From Candidatus Saccharimonadota bacterium (GTDB taxonomy: Bacteria > Pseudomonadota > Alphaproteobacteria > CAJXXZ01 > 1604HC): a DNA stretch of 32,000 bases. A program made the position numbers and the translations under genes. The stretch spans positions 210,001 to 242,000 of the forward strand of contig NZ_CP043316.1 in NCBI RefSeq assembly GCF_008189405.1, given 5' to 3'. Shown here piece after piece: positions 18,070 to 27,428 of the stretch. Position 1 is the stretch's first letter. Every line of letters starts with the position of its first letter. The notes beneath the pieces are model-generated. The model did no database searches, was not told the DNA's origin, and saw only the letters and a program-made list of their open reading frames with translations.

Positions 18070-21060
18070 TTAAGCGTCTGGATTAGGTTTCTCAAGTTCT
18101 TTGATAATAAAGCTTTCGATTGTATCTCCAATATGGAAGTCGGTAAACCCATCTATGATAATACCACATTCTTGGTTTGCAGGAATTTCCTTCTTATCAT
18201 ATTGTCTTTGTTTCAAGCTTAATATATCGCCTGTATATATTTCTTTACCATTTCTGATAACTCTACCTTTTGTCTTGATCTTCATAATTCCTTCATCAAC
18301 ACCACAACCAGCAATAGTTCCCAATTTCTTCTTAACGAAAATAGCTTTAATTGTAGCAGTTCCCAAAATTTCTTCTTCTTCTGTTGGTGCTAATATTCCT
18401 TCAGCTACACTCTTAATGTAATCTAATAGTTCATAAATAACTGAGAATTTCTTGATTTTAACATCATGCTGTTGTGCAATGCTAGTAATAGCAGATGGTG
18501 CATTTACTTTAAAGCTTATAATTGTAGATTTACTTGTTTTGGCAAGTAGTACATCACTTTCACTAATTGCTCCATTACCCTTCCCTACTACGTTTATTTC
18601 AATGTTTTCATACTCAATTTTAGAAATAGCAGCAACAATTGCTTCTAATGATCCAGCAACATCAGCTTTAACAAGTAAGTTGATTTTTTCAGCTTGCTCT
18701 TCATTGAAATATGCTAATATATCAATTTCTTTTTTGGGAACTGCAACTCTATTCTCTATGCCTAATCTATATTCTGAAATTGAACGTGCTTCTTTATCAC
18801 TGCTAACTTCAATTAACATATCACCAGGATTTGGTATATCATTCAGTCCCATTATTTCCACAGGAATAGATGCTGTTACTTCTTTCACTTTGTCTTTATT
18901 AGGCAAAGTCATTGCTCTTACTTTTCCATAAGTATTTCCAACAATAAAATTATCAGAGTAGTTTAAAGTTCCATTTTTCATCAAAATAGTTGCAATAGGT
19001 CCTTTATGCTTATCAAGATTAGATTCAATCACAATACCACTAGCTTTACACTTGTTATTTGCTTTTAGCTCCAACATTTCAGCTTGTAATAATAGAATTT
19101 CTAATAGTTTGTCCAAATTTTTATTTTGCATTGCAGAAACTTCTACTTCTAGTACATCCCCACCAAGAGATTCTACCATCACACTATGAATTAATAGTTT
19201 TTGTCTTATGCTATCAATATTATTTACATTTTTATCTATTTTTGTATAACAAATTATGAATGGAACATCTGCATTTTTAATATGTTGAATAGCTTCTACT
19301 GTTTGATCTTTAATTCCATCATCAGCTGCAATAACTAAAATAACTACGTCTGTTATTTCAACACCTCTGATTCTCATAGATGTGAATGCTTCATGTCCTG
19401 GAGTATCAACAAAAGTTACAAATCTTTTCTTATCTAAAAATACTTGAGAAGCACCTATAGATTGAGTTATTCCACCAGATTCACCAGACACAACATTAGT
19501 TTTTCTTAAAGCATCAAGCAATGATGTTTTCCCATGGTCAACATGTCCAACTATTGTTACTACAGGGCATCTAGGGGCGTAATCTTCAGGATTTCCTTGA
19601 TCTGGCACAATATCCATTTCTTTTTTGGCTATTTCTCCTGTATGACCTGTTTCTTCAATGATTGCTAAAGCAATTTCAGGGTCTATTAAGCTGGATTTTG
19701 GCAAATCTAACTCAACTAGCTTTGAGTGTAAAAAGTTGATCTTAACAGCTATTTTACTTGCTAAGCTTACAGGATCTATTCCCTCAAATGGAATGACTAC
19801 ATGCCTTACAGCAGTATCACGTGCTTTAGCAACATTTCTATTCTTCTTTTGAAAATAAGAGTTTGAATTGTAAATTTCAACATCATCTGCAGAGTTAATC
19901 TTCCCTAAAAATTGGTGTGAAAATCTTTCATTTGACTCATTAGATTCATTTCTAAATCTATTTTGTCTCTTATCACCATATGAATCTGATTTAGAAAATT
20001 TCCTTTTAACTCCAAATGACTTTCTGTTTTCTGCTCCAAAAGAGGATGGCTTTGAATTGAAAGAATTTGATCCGAAAGGAGTGGAAAATGGCTTGTTAAA
20101 CGGCTTTCCTTCCCCTGGCTTAGACATGAAAGGTCTTGCTTTTGGAAATGGCTTAAACGAATTGAATTTATTATCTGAAAATCCAGGTCTAGACGGCCTT
20201 CCATCATTCCTATTTCCAAATTTATTAAATCCACCAGATTGCCCATCAGGCCTGCTTCCAAACCTATTAAACCCACCAGGTCTTGATTGTCCATCAGGTC
20301 TGCTTCCAAACCTATTAAATCCACCAGGTCTTGATTGCCCATCAGGTCTGCTTCCAAATCTGTTAAATCCACCAGGTCTTGATTGTTCATCAGATCTATT
20401 ACCAAAGCTAGGTCTATCTCCGCCAAATTTGTTAAACCCACCAGGTCTTGATTGCCCATCAGGCCTACTACCAAAGTTAGGTCTATCCCCACCAAATCTA
20501 TTAAACCCACCAGGTCTATCAGATCTGAAACCTCTGTTTGCATCTTGTCCAAACTTATTAAATCTTCTAGGGGCATCACTATTGTTCTGAGGATTATAAG
20601 TTCTAAACTCTTTCTTCTGATCATTGTTTTGTAAAATCTTATTCAAAGGATTTAATTGGTTACCAGAAATAGTGTTTTGTAATAGCTCCCTCTTAGCAAT
20701 ATTTTCTTTATTAGCCTTTTCATTGATTACTACTTTCCTATCATGGAGAGCATTTTTATAAGGAGTTGGTTTTTCTGCTCGATTATAAACGGGCCTATCT
20801 GGCCTGCTATAAGAAGGCTTACCTAACCTATTAGAAGGATTGCTACTAGAGCTTCCAGCACTTTTAAAATTATTAACACCACTTCTTGGTAAAGTATCGT
20901 TAAAATTATTTTGTAATGCTTTTCCTCTAGCTTGTTTTTCTAAAGTAGAAAGATTACTACTTGATTTTCCAATATCTGTTCTTATTGTTTTAGAAGCTTT
21001 ACCCCTAACTTTAACAACAGGAACCTTCTTATTATTTCTATCATTTACAGTATAATTCAT
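18070..21060 (-). CDS. infB: Translation initiation factor IF-2 with an expanded repetitive N-terminal region
   Basis: G domain VTIVGHVDHGKTSLLD, DTPGH and TKIDK, plus the conserved C-terminal domains. 996 aa. The N-terminal third is G/R/P/F/N-rich with tandem repeats. Confidence 0.95.
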   Translation of the reverse strand: MNYTVNDRNNKKVPVVKVRGKASKTIRTDIGKSSSNLSTLEKQARGKALQNNFNDTLPRSGVNNFKSAGSSSSNPSNRLGKPSYSRPDRPVYNRAEKPTPYKNALHDRKVVINEKANKENIAKRELLQNTISGNQLNPLNKILQNNDQKKEFRTYNPQNNSDAPRRFNKFGQDANRGFRSDRPGGFNRFGGDRPNFGSRPDGQSRPGGFNKFGGDRPSFGNRSDEQSRPGGFNRFGSRPDGQSRPGGFNRFGSRPDGQSRPGGFNRFGSRPDGQSGGFNKFGNRNDGRPSRPGFSDNKFNSFKPFPKARPFMSKPGEGKPFNKPFSTPFGSNSFNSKPSSFGAENRKSFGVKRKFSKSDSYGDKRQNRFRNESNESNERFSHQFLGKINSADDVEIYNSNSYFQKKNRNVAKARDTAVRHVVIPFEGIDPVSLASKIAVKINFLHSKLVELDLPKSSLIDPEIALAIIEETGHTGEIAKKEMDIVPDQGNPEDYAPRCPVVTIVGHVDHGKTSLLDALRKTNVVSGESGGITQSIGASQVFLDKKRFVTFVDTPGHEAFTSMRIRGVEITDVVILVIAADDGIKDQTVEAIQHIKNADVPFIICYTKIDKNVNNIDSIRQKLLIHSVMVESLGGDVLEVEVSAMQNKNLDKLLEILLLQAEMLELKANNKCKASGIVIESNLDKHKGPIATILMKNGTLNYSDNFIVGNTYGKVRAMTLPNKDKVKEVTASIPVEIMGLNDIPNPGDMLIEVSSDKEARSISEYRLGIENRVAVPKKEIDILAYFNEEQAEKINLLVKADVAGSLEAIVAAISKIEYENIEINVVGKGNGAISESDVLLAKTSKSTIISFKVNAPSAITSIAQQHDVKIKKFSVIYELLDYIKSVAEGILAPTEEEEILGTATIKAIFVKKKLGTIAGCGVDEGIMKIKTKGRVIRNGKEIYTGDILSLKQRQYDKKEIPANQECGIIIDGFTDFHIGDTIESFIIKELEKPNPDA
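20215..20530 (-). repeat. In-frame tandem repeats (48-bp and ~69-bp units) inside infB, encoding (G)SRPDGQSRPGGFNRF(G) units
   Basis: Units starting CCACCAGGTCTTGATTG recur at about 20273, 20321, 20369, 20438 and 20507, with a shorter variant at about 20231. Units 20273-20320 and 20321-20368 differ at only 3 positions. Confidence 0.9.
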
Positions 21061-21209
21061 GTATCCAACCCATCATACCCAAAAATAATAATAATCTAAA
21101 GACTTACAGTAGAATTTATAGTTAAAAATCTGCTTTTAAGCGTAAAATCCTTATTTTAAACTGTAGAATCATATGGGTTGCAAGGAAATTTAAAGCAACG
21201 CTTTGTGAA

Positions 21210-22964
21210 TTAGGATTTGTCTAGCTTGATATTTAATTCTTTTAGATGTTTATCTGAAATTTCACATGGAGCATCCATCATAAGATCTTGACCTTGTTGG
21301 TTTAACGGAAATGGAATTACTTCCCTGATATTTTCAGTGTCAGCAAGCAGCATTATCATTCTATCAATTCCTGGAGCAGCTCCACCATGTGGAGGAGCCC
21401 CATATTTAAATGCATTAAGCATTGCTCCAAACTCCTTTTCAACATCTTCTTTTGCATACCCAGCAATTTCAAATGCTTTATACATAACATCAAGTCTATG
21501 GTTACGAATAGCTCCACTTGTAAGCTCAATTCCATTACATACTAAATCATACTGATAAGCTTTTATTTCTGATGGATCTAACGACAATGCATCCATTTCA
21601 CCTTGTGGCATTGAAAATGGGTTGTGTGAAAATTCCCATTTTCCATCATTCTTTTCGTACATTGGATAATCTGTAATCCAACAGAATTTATATGTTTGTT
21701 TTTCTATTAAATCCATTTCTATCGCTACTTGTTGTAGGATTGGATTCATATACATTTTTAGATTTTCCTCAGTATCAGCAACCAAAAATGCACCATCAGC
21801 TTTTTCACGAATAGCATTACATACTTCTTCAGAAAGTAGTTTTGCAAGTGGTCCACGTTTTTCTGGTTCAAACAAGATATACCCTAATCCAACCGCTCCA
21901 TTATCTTGAGCCAATTTTTGCATTTTATCAAAGAATTTTCTTGTTTGTTTACTCAACCCTTTAATTGGTAAGGCGAGAATTTTACCTTTATTATCTTTAT
22001 TGTTTATGACAGATTCGAAAATCTTTGGACAATCCTGTAAGAATAAATGAGTAAGATCATGATAATGTGTATTGATCCTTAAATCAGGCTTGTCTGTCCC
22101 ATACTTTAGTATTGATTCTTTATATGGAATTCTTATAAATGGTGTGTTTGAAATCTTCATCTCAGGTCTGAACTTTGTAAATACCTTATGCATTAAATCT
22201 TCTAATATTTCAAATATCTCTTCTTGAGTAGAAAATGCCATTTCCATATCTAGTTGGTAAAAAGCTCCTGGTGCTCTATCTGCTCTAGTATCTTCATCTC
22301 GAAAACATGGCGCGATTTGGTAATACTTATTTACTCCAGAAACCATTAAAAGCTGTTTGAACTGTTGTGGAGCTTGAGGTAATGCATAAAATTTCCCTGG
22401 ATTTAATCTACTTGGTACAACATAATCTCTTGCGCCTTCAGGAGAACTAGAGGTTAAAATTGGAGTTTGAACTTCCATAAATCCTTTATCTTCCATGATT
22501 CCTCTGATCATTTTTATCACTTCAAATCTTAATTTTAATCTAGATTGCATTTCATCTCTGCGTAAGTCTAAGAAACGATACTTTAATCTTAATTCTTCCC
22601 CTAAATCATTTTGATGCATCACAAAAGGAAGAATTTCAGCTTTTGATAATATTTTAAGTTTGCTAATCTCAATCTCAATTTTTCCTGATGCTAGTTCTTC
22701 GTTGATTGATCCTGTGGGTCTAGCGATTACATTCCCTTCAATAGAAACAACGCTTTCTAGTGATAGGTTATCAATTCCTTCGAAGTTTTTATTATCTATA
22801 TTAATAGTGCACTGCACTACCCCTGTATGGTCCTTTAAATCTATGAAAATAATATTTCCATGATCTCTTTTTTTTCTAATCCAACCGGCTAATTTAACTT
22901 TAGAATTAATATATGTATCATTTAATTCGATACAATAATTGCTTCTATATTGATTTTTTGACAT
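21210..22964 (-). CDS. aspS: Aspartyl-tRNA synthetase (bacterial type)
   Basis: GWIRKKRDHGNIIFIDLKDHTGVVQ, LKYRFLDLRR, QAPQQFKQLLM, CFRDEDTRADR and GGAAPGIDRMIMLL are present. 584 aa. Confidence 0.95.
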   Translation of the reverse strand: MSKNQYRSNYCIELNDTYINSKVKLAGWIRKKRDHGNIIFIDLKDHTGVVQCTINIDNKNFEGIDNLSLESVVSIEGNVIARPTGSINEELASGKIEIEISKLKILSKAEILPFVMHQNDLGEELRLKYRFLDLRRDEMQSRLKLRFEVIKMIRGIMEDKGFMEVQTPILTSSSPEGARDYVVPSRLNPGKFYALPQAPQQFKQLLMVSGVNKYYQIAPCFRDEDTRADRAPGAFYQLDMEMAFSTQEEIFEILEDLMHKVFTKFRPEMKISNTPFIRIPYKESILKYGTDKPDLRINTHYHDLTHLFLQDCPKIFESVINNKDNKGKILALPIKGLSKQTRKFFDKMQKLAQDNGAVGLGYILFEPEKRGPLAKLLSEEVCNAIREKADGAFLVADTEENLKMYMNPILQQVAIEMDLIEKQTYKFCWITDYPMYEKNDGKWEFSHNPFSMPQGEMDALSLDPSEIKAYQYDLVCNGIELTSGAIRNHRLDVMYKAFEIAGYAKEDVEKEFGAMLNAFKYGAPPHGGAAPGIDRMIMLLADTENIREVIPFPLNQQGQDLMMDAPCEISDKHLKELNIKLDKS

Positions 22965-22986
22965 ACTGAAAAAATAAGGCTATTTT

Positions 22987-24096
22987 ATGAAAAACTCAAC
23001 AACTATTTTTGTGGCTGGCGGAACAGCCGGTCATGTATTTGCTGCAAATGGTATGGCACACTACGTTTCTTCAAAGAAAATAATATTTACCGATAAGCGT
23101 GGAGAGAAATATATAGACAAAACATTATTTGATGAAATATATATACTTCCAATCAAAAATAATATAGTTTTGAATTTCTATAGTTTTATCAAAAGCTTTA
23201 TTATGAGTTGGAAGATAATAAAACAAAATAAAAACAGTGTTATTATTGGGTTTGGAGCTTATGTTTCTATTCCAACATGTATTATGGGGTGGATGCTTAG
23301 TTGCCCACTATATCTATATCAAGCTGATCAGATTATTGGTAAAGCTAATAAAATTTTATCTTATTTTGCAAAAAGAATATTTGTTGCGTCGTATAATATT
23401 CAGCATAAAAAAGCAGAATGTATTGGGCTGATACCTAGATCAGATATAATTTCATACCCTATAAATCTGCAAAATGAATTGCGCATTTTGATTTTAGGAG
23501 GTAGTTTGTCTAGTGCATTTTTAAAGTTAACAATACCTTCAGCACTGTATAATTTACCTAAAGAGATATTACAAAAAATTCGTATACATCAGCAAGCTGG
23601 TGAAGATAAAAGTTATTTTACTAAAGCATATAGTGATATTTCATTAAAAGAAGTTATATTAGATGAATTTATCGATACAACCAAGGCATTGCCGTGGAGT
23701 AATTTTGTGATTGCTAGAGCAGGAATGGGTACTATTAGTGACTTAACTGCTTCTATGAGACCTGCACTGTTAGTTCCATGGAGTAATGCAAAAGACAATC
23801 ATCAAACTTATAATGCACAATGGTGGGCTAAAAGTGGCGGAGGATGGTGGGTTCCTGAACATGAGTTTAATGCAAATTATCTGAAAAAATTTATTATTAA
23901 CTTGGTGAATGAAATTTCTGCATCTAGTGAATCGTCTTCTGATTTATCTAATAAATCATATGATTCTTTAGGTAAAGAAAACAAGAAAACAGAATTAGAA
24001 GAGAAATCTGAAATGTTAGGAAAATGGATGCCAATTTATGGAGGGTTGCTTGCAGTTAAGACAATTCAACGTGACTTGAATATTAAGCTGATTTAA
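22987..24096 (+). CDS. murG: UDP-N-acetylglucosamine--N-acetylmuramyl-(pentapeptide) pyrophosphoryl-undecaprenol GlcNAc transferase MurG
   Basis: N-terminal GGTAGHVF motif and C-terminal ARAGMGTISDL...DNHQTYNA motif. There is a Ser/Lys/Glu-rich insertion near the C-terminus. The gene is not in a dcw cluster here. Confidence 0.85.
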   Translation: MKNSTTIFVAGGTAGHVFAANGMAHYVSSKKIIFTDKRGEKYIDKTLFDEIYILPIKNNIVLNFYSFIKSFIMSWKIIKQNKNSVIIGFGAYVSIPTCIMGWMLSCPLYLYQADQIIGKANKILSYFAKRIFVASYNIQHKKAECIGLIPRSDIISYPINLQNELRILILGGSLSSAFLKLTIPSALYNLPKEILQKIRIHQQAGEDKSYFTKAYSDISLKEVILDEFIDTTKALPWSNFVIARAGMGTISDLTASMRPALLVPWSNAKDNHQTYNAQWWAKSGGGWWVPEHEFNANYLKKFIINLVNEISASSESSSDLSNKSYDSLGKENKKTELEEKSEMLGKWMPIYGGLLAVKTIQRDLNIKLI

Positions 24097-24232
24097 GAGG
24101 GCTAAGTTAGTCTGCAGGAAACAAATAATTGGTATTGATATTTTAGAATACACTTCTATTACATAAATTTGATGTGCATAAATATAATAAATAAATTATT
24201 GCATCAATTTGATAAAATGGCAGTATAATTAC

Positions 24233-25669
24233 ATGATGATAAAAAAGTTGATTTCGGCGCTATTGATTATATTAATGAGCAGTTTGACTGCTGGCATAAA
24301 TGATATAGATTCATTAATAAAACTAAGAAAAGCAGATATATATTTAAATTTATTTGTATTAAAAGATCCAATAGATAGAAAATATGATAGATATGAGAGA
24401 ATAGATCATGAATATCAAAAACATCAAGATAAATTGATTAATTTATGGGCAAAAAAAATGGTTGAATCATTTGATGCAGATGAATTAAAAGGGAAAGATG
24501 TAAAGATTAATATTTTTTTCATATCTAATAAAAATAAACCTCAATCTCATATTAATGCGAGAAAATTGTCTTTGGTTTTCGATTATACCGATGATATTGA
24601 ATTATATAAGGATATAAATGTTGTGGATTTAGATCACTATAAAAATGGATTATTATATGGCAAAGATTATCAGAGTGGCAGAATTGCAATGATAGTGAGG
24701 ATGATTGTTGCTAAAGAATTATTTAGGTTAGGTAAGTGTAATACATCTATATTGATCAATGAAAATATACTTCCACAAAATCTAAGTAGCATTTTAAATG
24801 ATCGTACAGAAGAAATAATTAGTAAGCATGGATTTTATGGAAGTATTTGTCACTCAGGGAAAGAGCAAATATTTGGAGATTTAATGGTTTTCTCAGATCA
24901 TAATGTTTTAGAGAAGATGGCAAATCCAATGAATCTATATGGTGCGCATGATAATTTGCTTTATGTGATGTATTTGAACCTTTTGTACAAATTTTTTGCA
25001 AAAGAATATATAACTACAGTGAATGATAACTTAGAGTATAAAATATTAAACTATCCTTTTGAAAATATGCATAATTATAATAATAACGCTTTTATTGATA
25101 ATATTTATTTTGAGCAGTATAGAATCTGTACTGATGAAAATGATGAGTATCAAAATAGTGATCAAGTGCGAAATGAATTATGTGATTTAAGTGATGTTTT
25201 AGAGAGAATAAATAATATAAAATTTCTTATATATGCTAATCACTTTGATATTTCTACCATACAAGAAGGTGATTTTGAGCAATATATATATAATTCGCCA
25301 TTTGTATATTTTCCTACGTCATATAAGCAATCATATGTTCTTGATCAATTTCTTGTGACTCGCAAAGAATATGAGGAGCGTAAAAGGTTATTAATAGAAT
25401 TAAGAGAGGAAATCACATTTCTATTTATGAGCTATAATTTTGGGAAAGAAAGCAGTCAAATTATCAGTAATAATGAAAGTGATATAGATCAAATGACAAA
25501 TGAAAATAGGAATTCAACTAAAGTTGAAAATAGTATAGATCAAGTTGAAGATTATAGAGATGTTTATGATTATATGGTTGATAAATCTGAGGAATTTTCT
25601 AAAAATTTCTTACTTAAAAGCGGGAAATCAAATATATTAGATGCTTTAAGGGTTCACTTTAATTGCTAA
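24233..25669 (+). CDS. Hypothetical protein with a predicted N-terminal signal peptide (orphan)
   Basis: It is the only long ORF in this interval (track 24209..25669 with a TTG start). The likelier start is ATG 24233/24236, giving MMIKKLISALLIILMSSLTAG..., which has a Lys n-region, a hydrophobic core and a small-residue cleavage region. I recognise no family motif. Confidence 0.6.
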   Translation: MMIKKLISALLIILMSSLTAGINDIDSLIKLRKADIYLNLFVLKDPIDRKYDRYERIDHEYQKHQDKLINLWAKKMVESFDADELKGKDVKINIFFISNKNKPQSHINARKLSLVFDYTDDIELYKDINVVDLDHYKNGLLYGKDYQSGRIAMIVRMIVAKELFRLGKCNTSILINENILPQNLSSILNDRTEEIISKHGFYGSICHSGKEQIFGDLMVFSDHNVLEKMANPMNLYGAHDNLLYVMYLNLLYKFFAKEYITTVNDNLEYKILNYPFENMHNYNNNAFIDNIYFEQYRICTDENDEYQNSDQVRNELCDLSDVLERINNIKFLIYANHFDISTIQEGDFEQYIYNSPFVYFPTSYKQSYVLDQFLVTRKEYEERKRLLIELREEITFLFMSYNFGKESSQIISNNESDIDQMTNENRNSTKVENSIDQVEDYRDVYDYMVDKSEEFSKNFLLKSGKSNILDALRVHFNC

Positions 25670-25846
25670 TTAATCTTAGAAGTTTGTTTGGATTTTCCAC
25701 CCTACTTTAAAGTATATTGTAATTATTTAGGTTTAAAACACCTTAGAGGGTTTGATTAATTTAGTATATGATCTAGCATGATTTTTTTTAAATAAATATA
25801 GAAGTTAATTGATTTTTTATGTGTAAAAGATTAGAATGATTTTGTA

Positions 25847-25927
25847 GCCCTCTTGGTGGAATGGTAGACACAGCAGACTTAAAATCTGCAGACTTCGGTC
25901 GTGCTGGTTCAAGTCCGGCAGAGGGTA
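25847..25927 (+). tRNA. tRNA-Leu (anticodon UAA)
   Basis: GCCCTCT/TG/GTGGAATGGTAGACAC, anticodon arm GCAGA-CTTAAAA-TCTGC, a long variable arm, T loop TTCAAGT, acceptor 3' strand AGAGGGT. Confidence 0.88.
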
Positions 25928-25935
25928 TAAAAATT

Positions 25936-26009
25936 GCGCCCGTAGCTCAATTGGACAGAGCGTCAGACTACGGATTTGAAGGTTGGGAGTTCGACTCTTC
26001 TCGGGCGTG
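25936..26009 (+). tRNA. tRNA-Arg (anticodon ACG)
   Basis: GCGCCCG/TA/GCTCAATTGGACAGAGC, anticodon arm TCAGA-CTACGGA-TTTGA (one G:U), T arm GGGAG-TTCGACT-CTTCT, acceptor 3' strand CGGGCGT. It starts 8 nt after tRNA-Leu. Confidence 0.88.
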
Positions 26010-26363
26010 TCTCAATTTGTTTTTGTGATTCGTAGGTGTTATTTTAAATTTCTAAACAAATTATCATTTCGATAAGTATATATATAGAAGAATTATTAAA
26101 TATTAGCAATTGTAATGGGTGATTATACCATATTTTAATATTACTTGTTTTGATTTAATGTTTGGGTTATTTGAATATTGATTTATTATTAATTGCTTAT
26201 TAGTTGATTATTTATACTTAATGGTAAGATCATATTGTTAGTGTGATAATAGAAAATAAGATTTATTAACAAATAGTATGGCAGAACAAAATAGAGATAG
26301 CATGTTTCTAGGTGAATATTTGATTGCTATAGTTTATATTTGTATTGTTTTGAGATGTAAAAC

Positions 26364-26490
26364 TTATTTAGGATGAGTTAACTCCCGGAGAAAGTGGGAT
26401 TTGAACCCACGGTATAAGTAAAATTATACAACGGTTTTCGAGACCGCCCCATTAAGCCACTCTGGCATTTCTCCTAGTCCTAATTTTAAT
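26364..26490. repeat. Direct repeat copy 1 (tRNA-Ser module plus both flanks)
   Basis: Hand alignment to 27429-27556 gives 2 substitutions (26444 c vs 27510 t; 26476 a vs 27542 t) and one 1-nt indel (extra c at 27489). Confidence 0.9.
26386..26474 (-). tRNA. tRNA-Ser (anticodon CGA), copy 1
   Basis: Minus strand: GGAGAAA/TG/CCAGAGTGGCTTAATGG.., anticodon arm GCGGT-CTCGAAA-ACCGT, a long variable arm (GTATAA/TTATAC stem), T arm GTGGG-TTCAAAT-CCCAC. It resembles E. coli tRNA-Ser(CGA). Confidence 0.88.
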
Positions 26491-26569
26491 GTATTTATCT
26501 TAATAAGTCCAAATACAATACATCTAATTAAATATTGCAATATATTGAGAAAAACACTACAATTGATGT

Positions 26570-26644
26570 GGGTCGTTAGCTCAGCGGTAGAGCATCTCGT
26601 TTACACCGAGGAGGTCGACAGTTCGATCCTGTCACGACCCACCA
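26570..26644 (+). tRNA. tRNA-Val (anticodon UAC), with genomically encoded CCA
   Basis: GGGTCGT/TA/GCTCAGCGGTAGAGC, anticodon arm TCTCG-TTTACAC-CGAGG, T arm GACAG-TTCGATC-CTGTC, then ACGACCC-A-CCA. It is the only tRNA in the window with an encoded CCA. Confidence 0.9.
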
Positions 26645-27018
26645 TTTCAATTATTATATATTATGTTTTTGTGCTTTTTTTAGTGTTTCTATATGATGTA
26701 TTAAAGTCTATTATTTCATTATTTACCCTTATAAAACAATTTGTTAAAGCTTGATAATTTTTATAAGTAAAATATATTTTATAAAGTGAAAATTGAGGTA
26801 AGAAGCTAAAAAATGTACGTGAAAAATAATTTAAGCTAAAAGTTGGAAATAATGATTTTATTATAAAAGTTATGATAAAACAAAAATATAAAAAATCAAG
26901 AACTGATAAAATATAAATAATAATTATATAAACAAATTTATTACCCTTGATTCAAAAATAATTTTAATAAGCAAAAAATCCAAAAGAAATTTCATGATAA
27001 TTCATGATAATAAATTAA

Positions 27019-27092
27019 TAGCGAAGGAGGGACTCGAACCCCCGGCACGCGGATTATGATTCCGCTGCTCTAACCAGCTGAGCTACTCCGCC
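27019..27092 (-). tRNA. tRNA with CAU anticodon (elongator Met or lysidine-modified Ile2; not distinguishable by eye)
   Basis: Minus strand: GGCGGAG/TA/GCTCAGCTGGTTAGAGC, anticodon arm GCGGA-ATCATAA-TCCGC, T arm GGGGG-TTCGAGT-CCCTC. It lacks the initiator-like acceptor and anticodon-stem features. Confidence 0.85.
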
Positions 27093-27428
27093 ATTACAAA
27101 TATTGTGCACTTTTTCTTGATTTATAGCAAGTAAAGTTTATGAGCTTTGAAAGGTAGCATTCATGTAAAAGTCTTGAAATTTAGTAGGATGTAATCATCA
27201 ATGATATTTTATAATAATAAATTTAATATCATCACTTCTAACTATTATTATTTTTATTTACTATACGATTTAATACTAAATTATTTGGTATCACTATATC
27301 ATTATTTCTTTTCTGATCCACTAAGTGTAAATTTTAGGATTATTTCATTAGAGATTGAAGTATTTAATTTATATGGATTTGAATTATACATTAATGAGAA
27401 TTGTTTTAATGCTACATTAGCGAATTAT

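Noticed and set aside
19905-20624. ORFs of 239 aa (minus strand, another frame) and 177 aa (plus strand, 20057..20590) across the infB repeat region, the latter encoding LLNPPGLDCPSGLLPN repeats.
   Set aside because: They arise because a short stop-free unit is tandemly repeated, so all its frames stay open. The infB frame is the one continuous with the conserved G domain.
26991-27010. Perfect tandem duplication TTCATGATAA x2 next to the CAU tRNA; also AAATTCATTAAAAT repeated at about 13062 and 13098, and the palindrome TTCAATATTGAA at about 12910.
   Set aside because: These are short AT-rich slippage-type repeats in spacers, with no array structure, no regular spacing and no associated genes.
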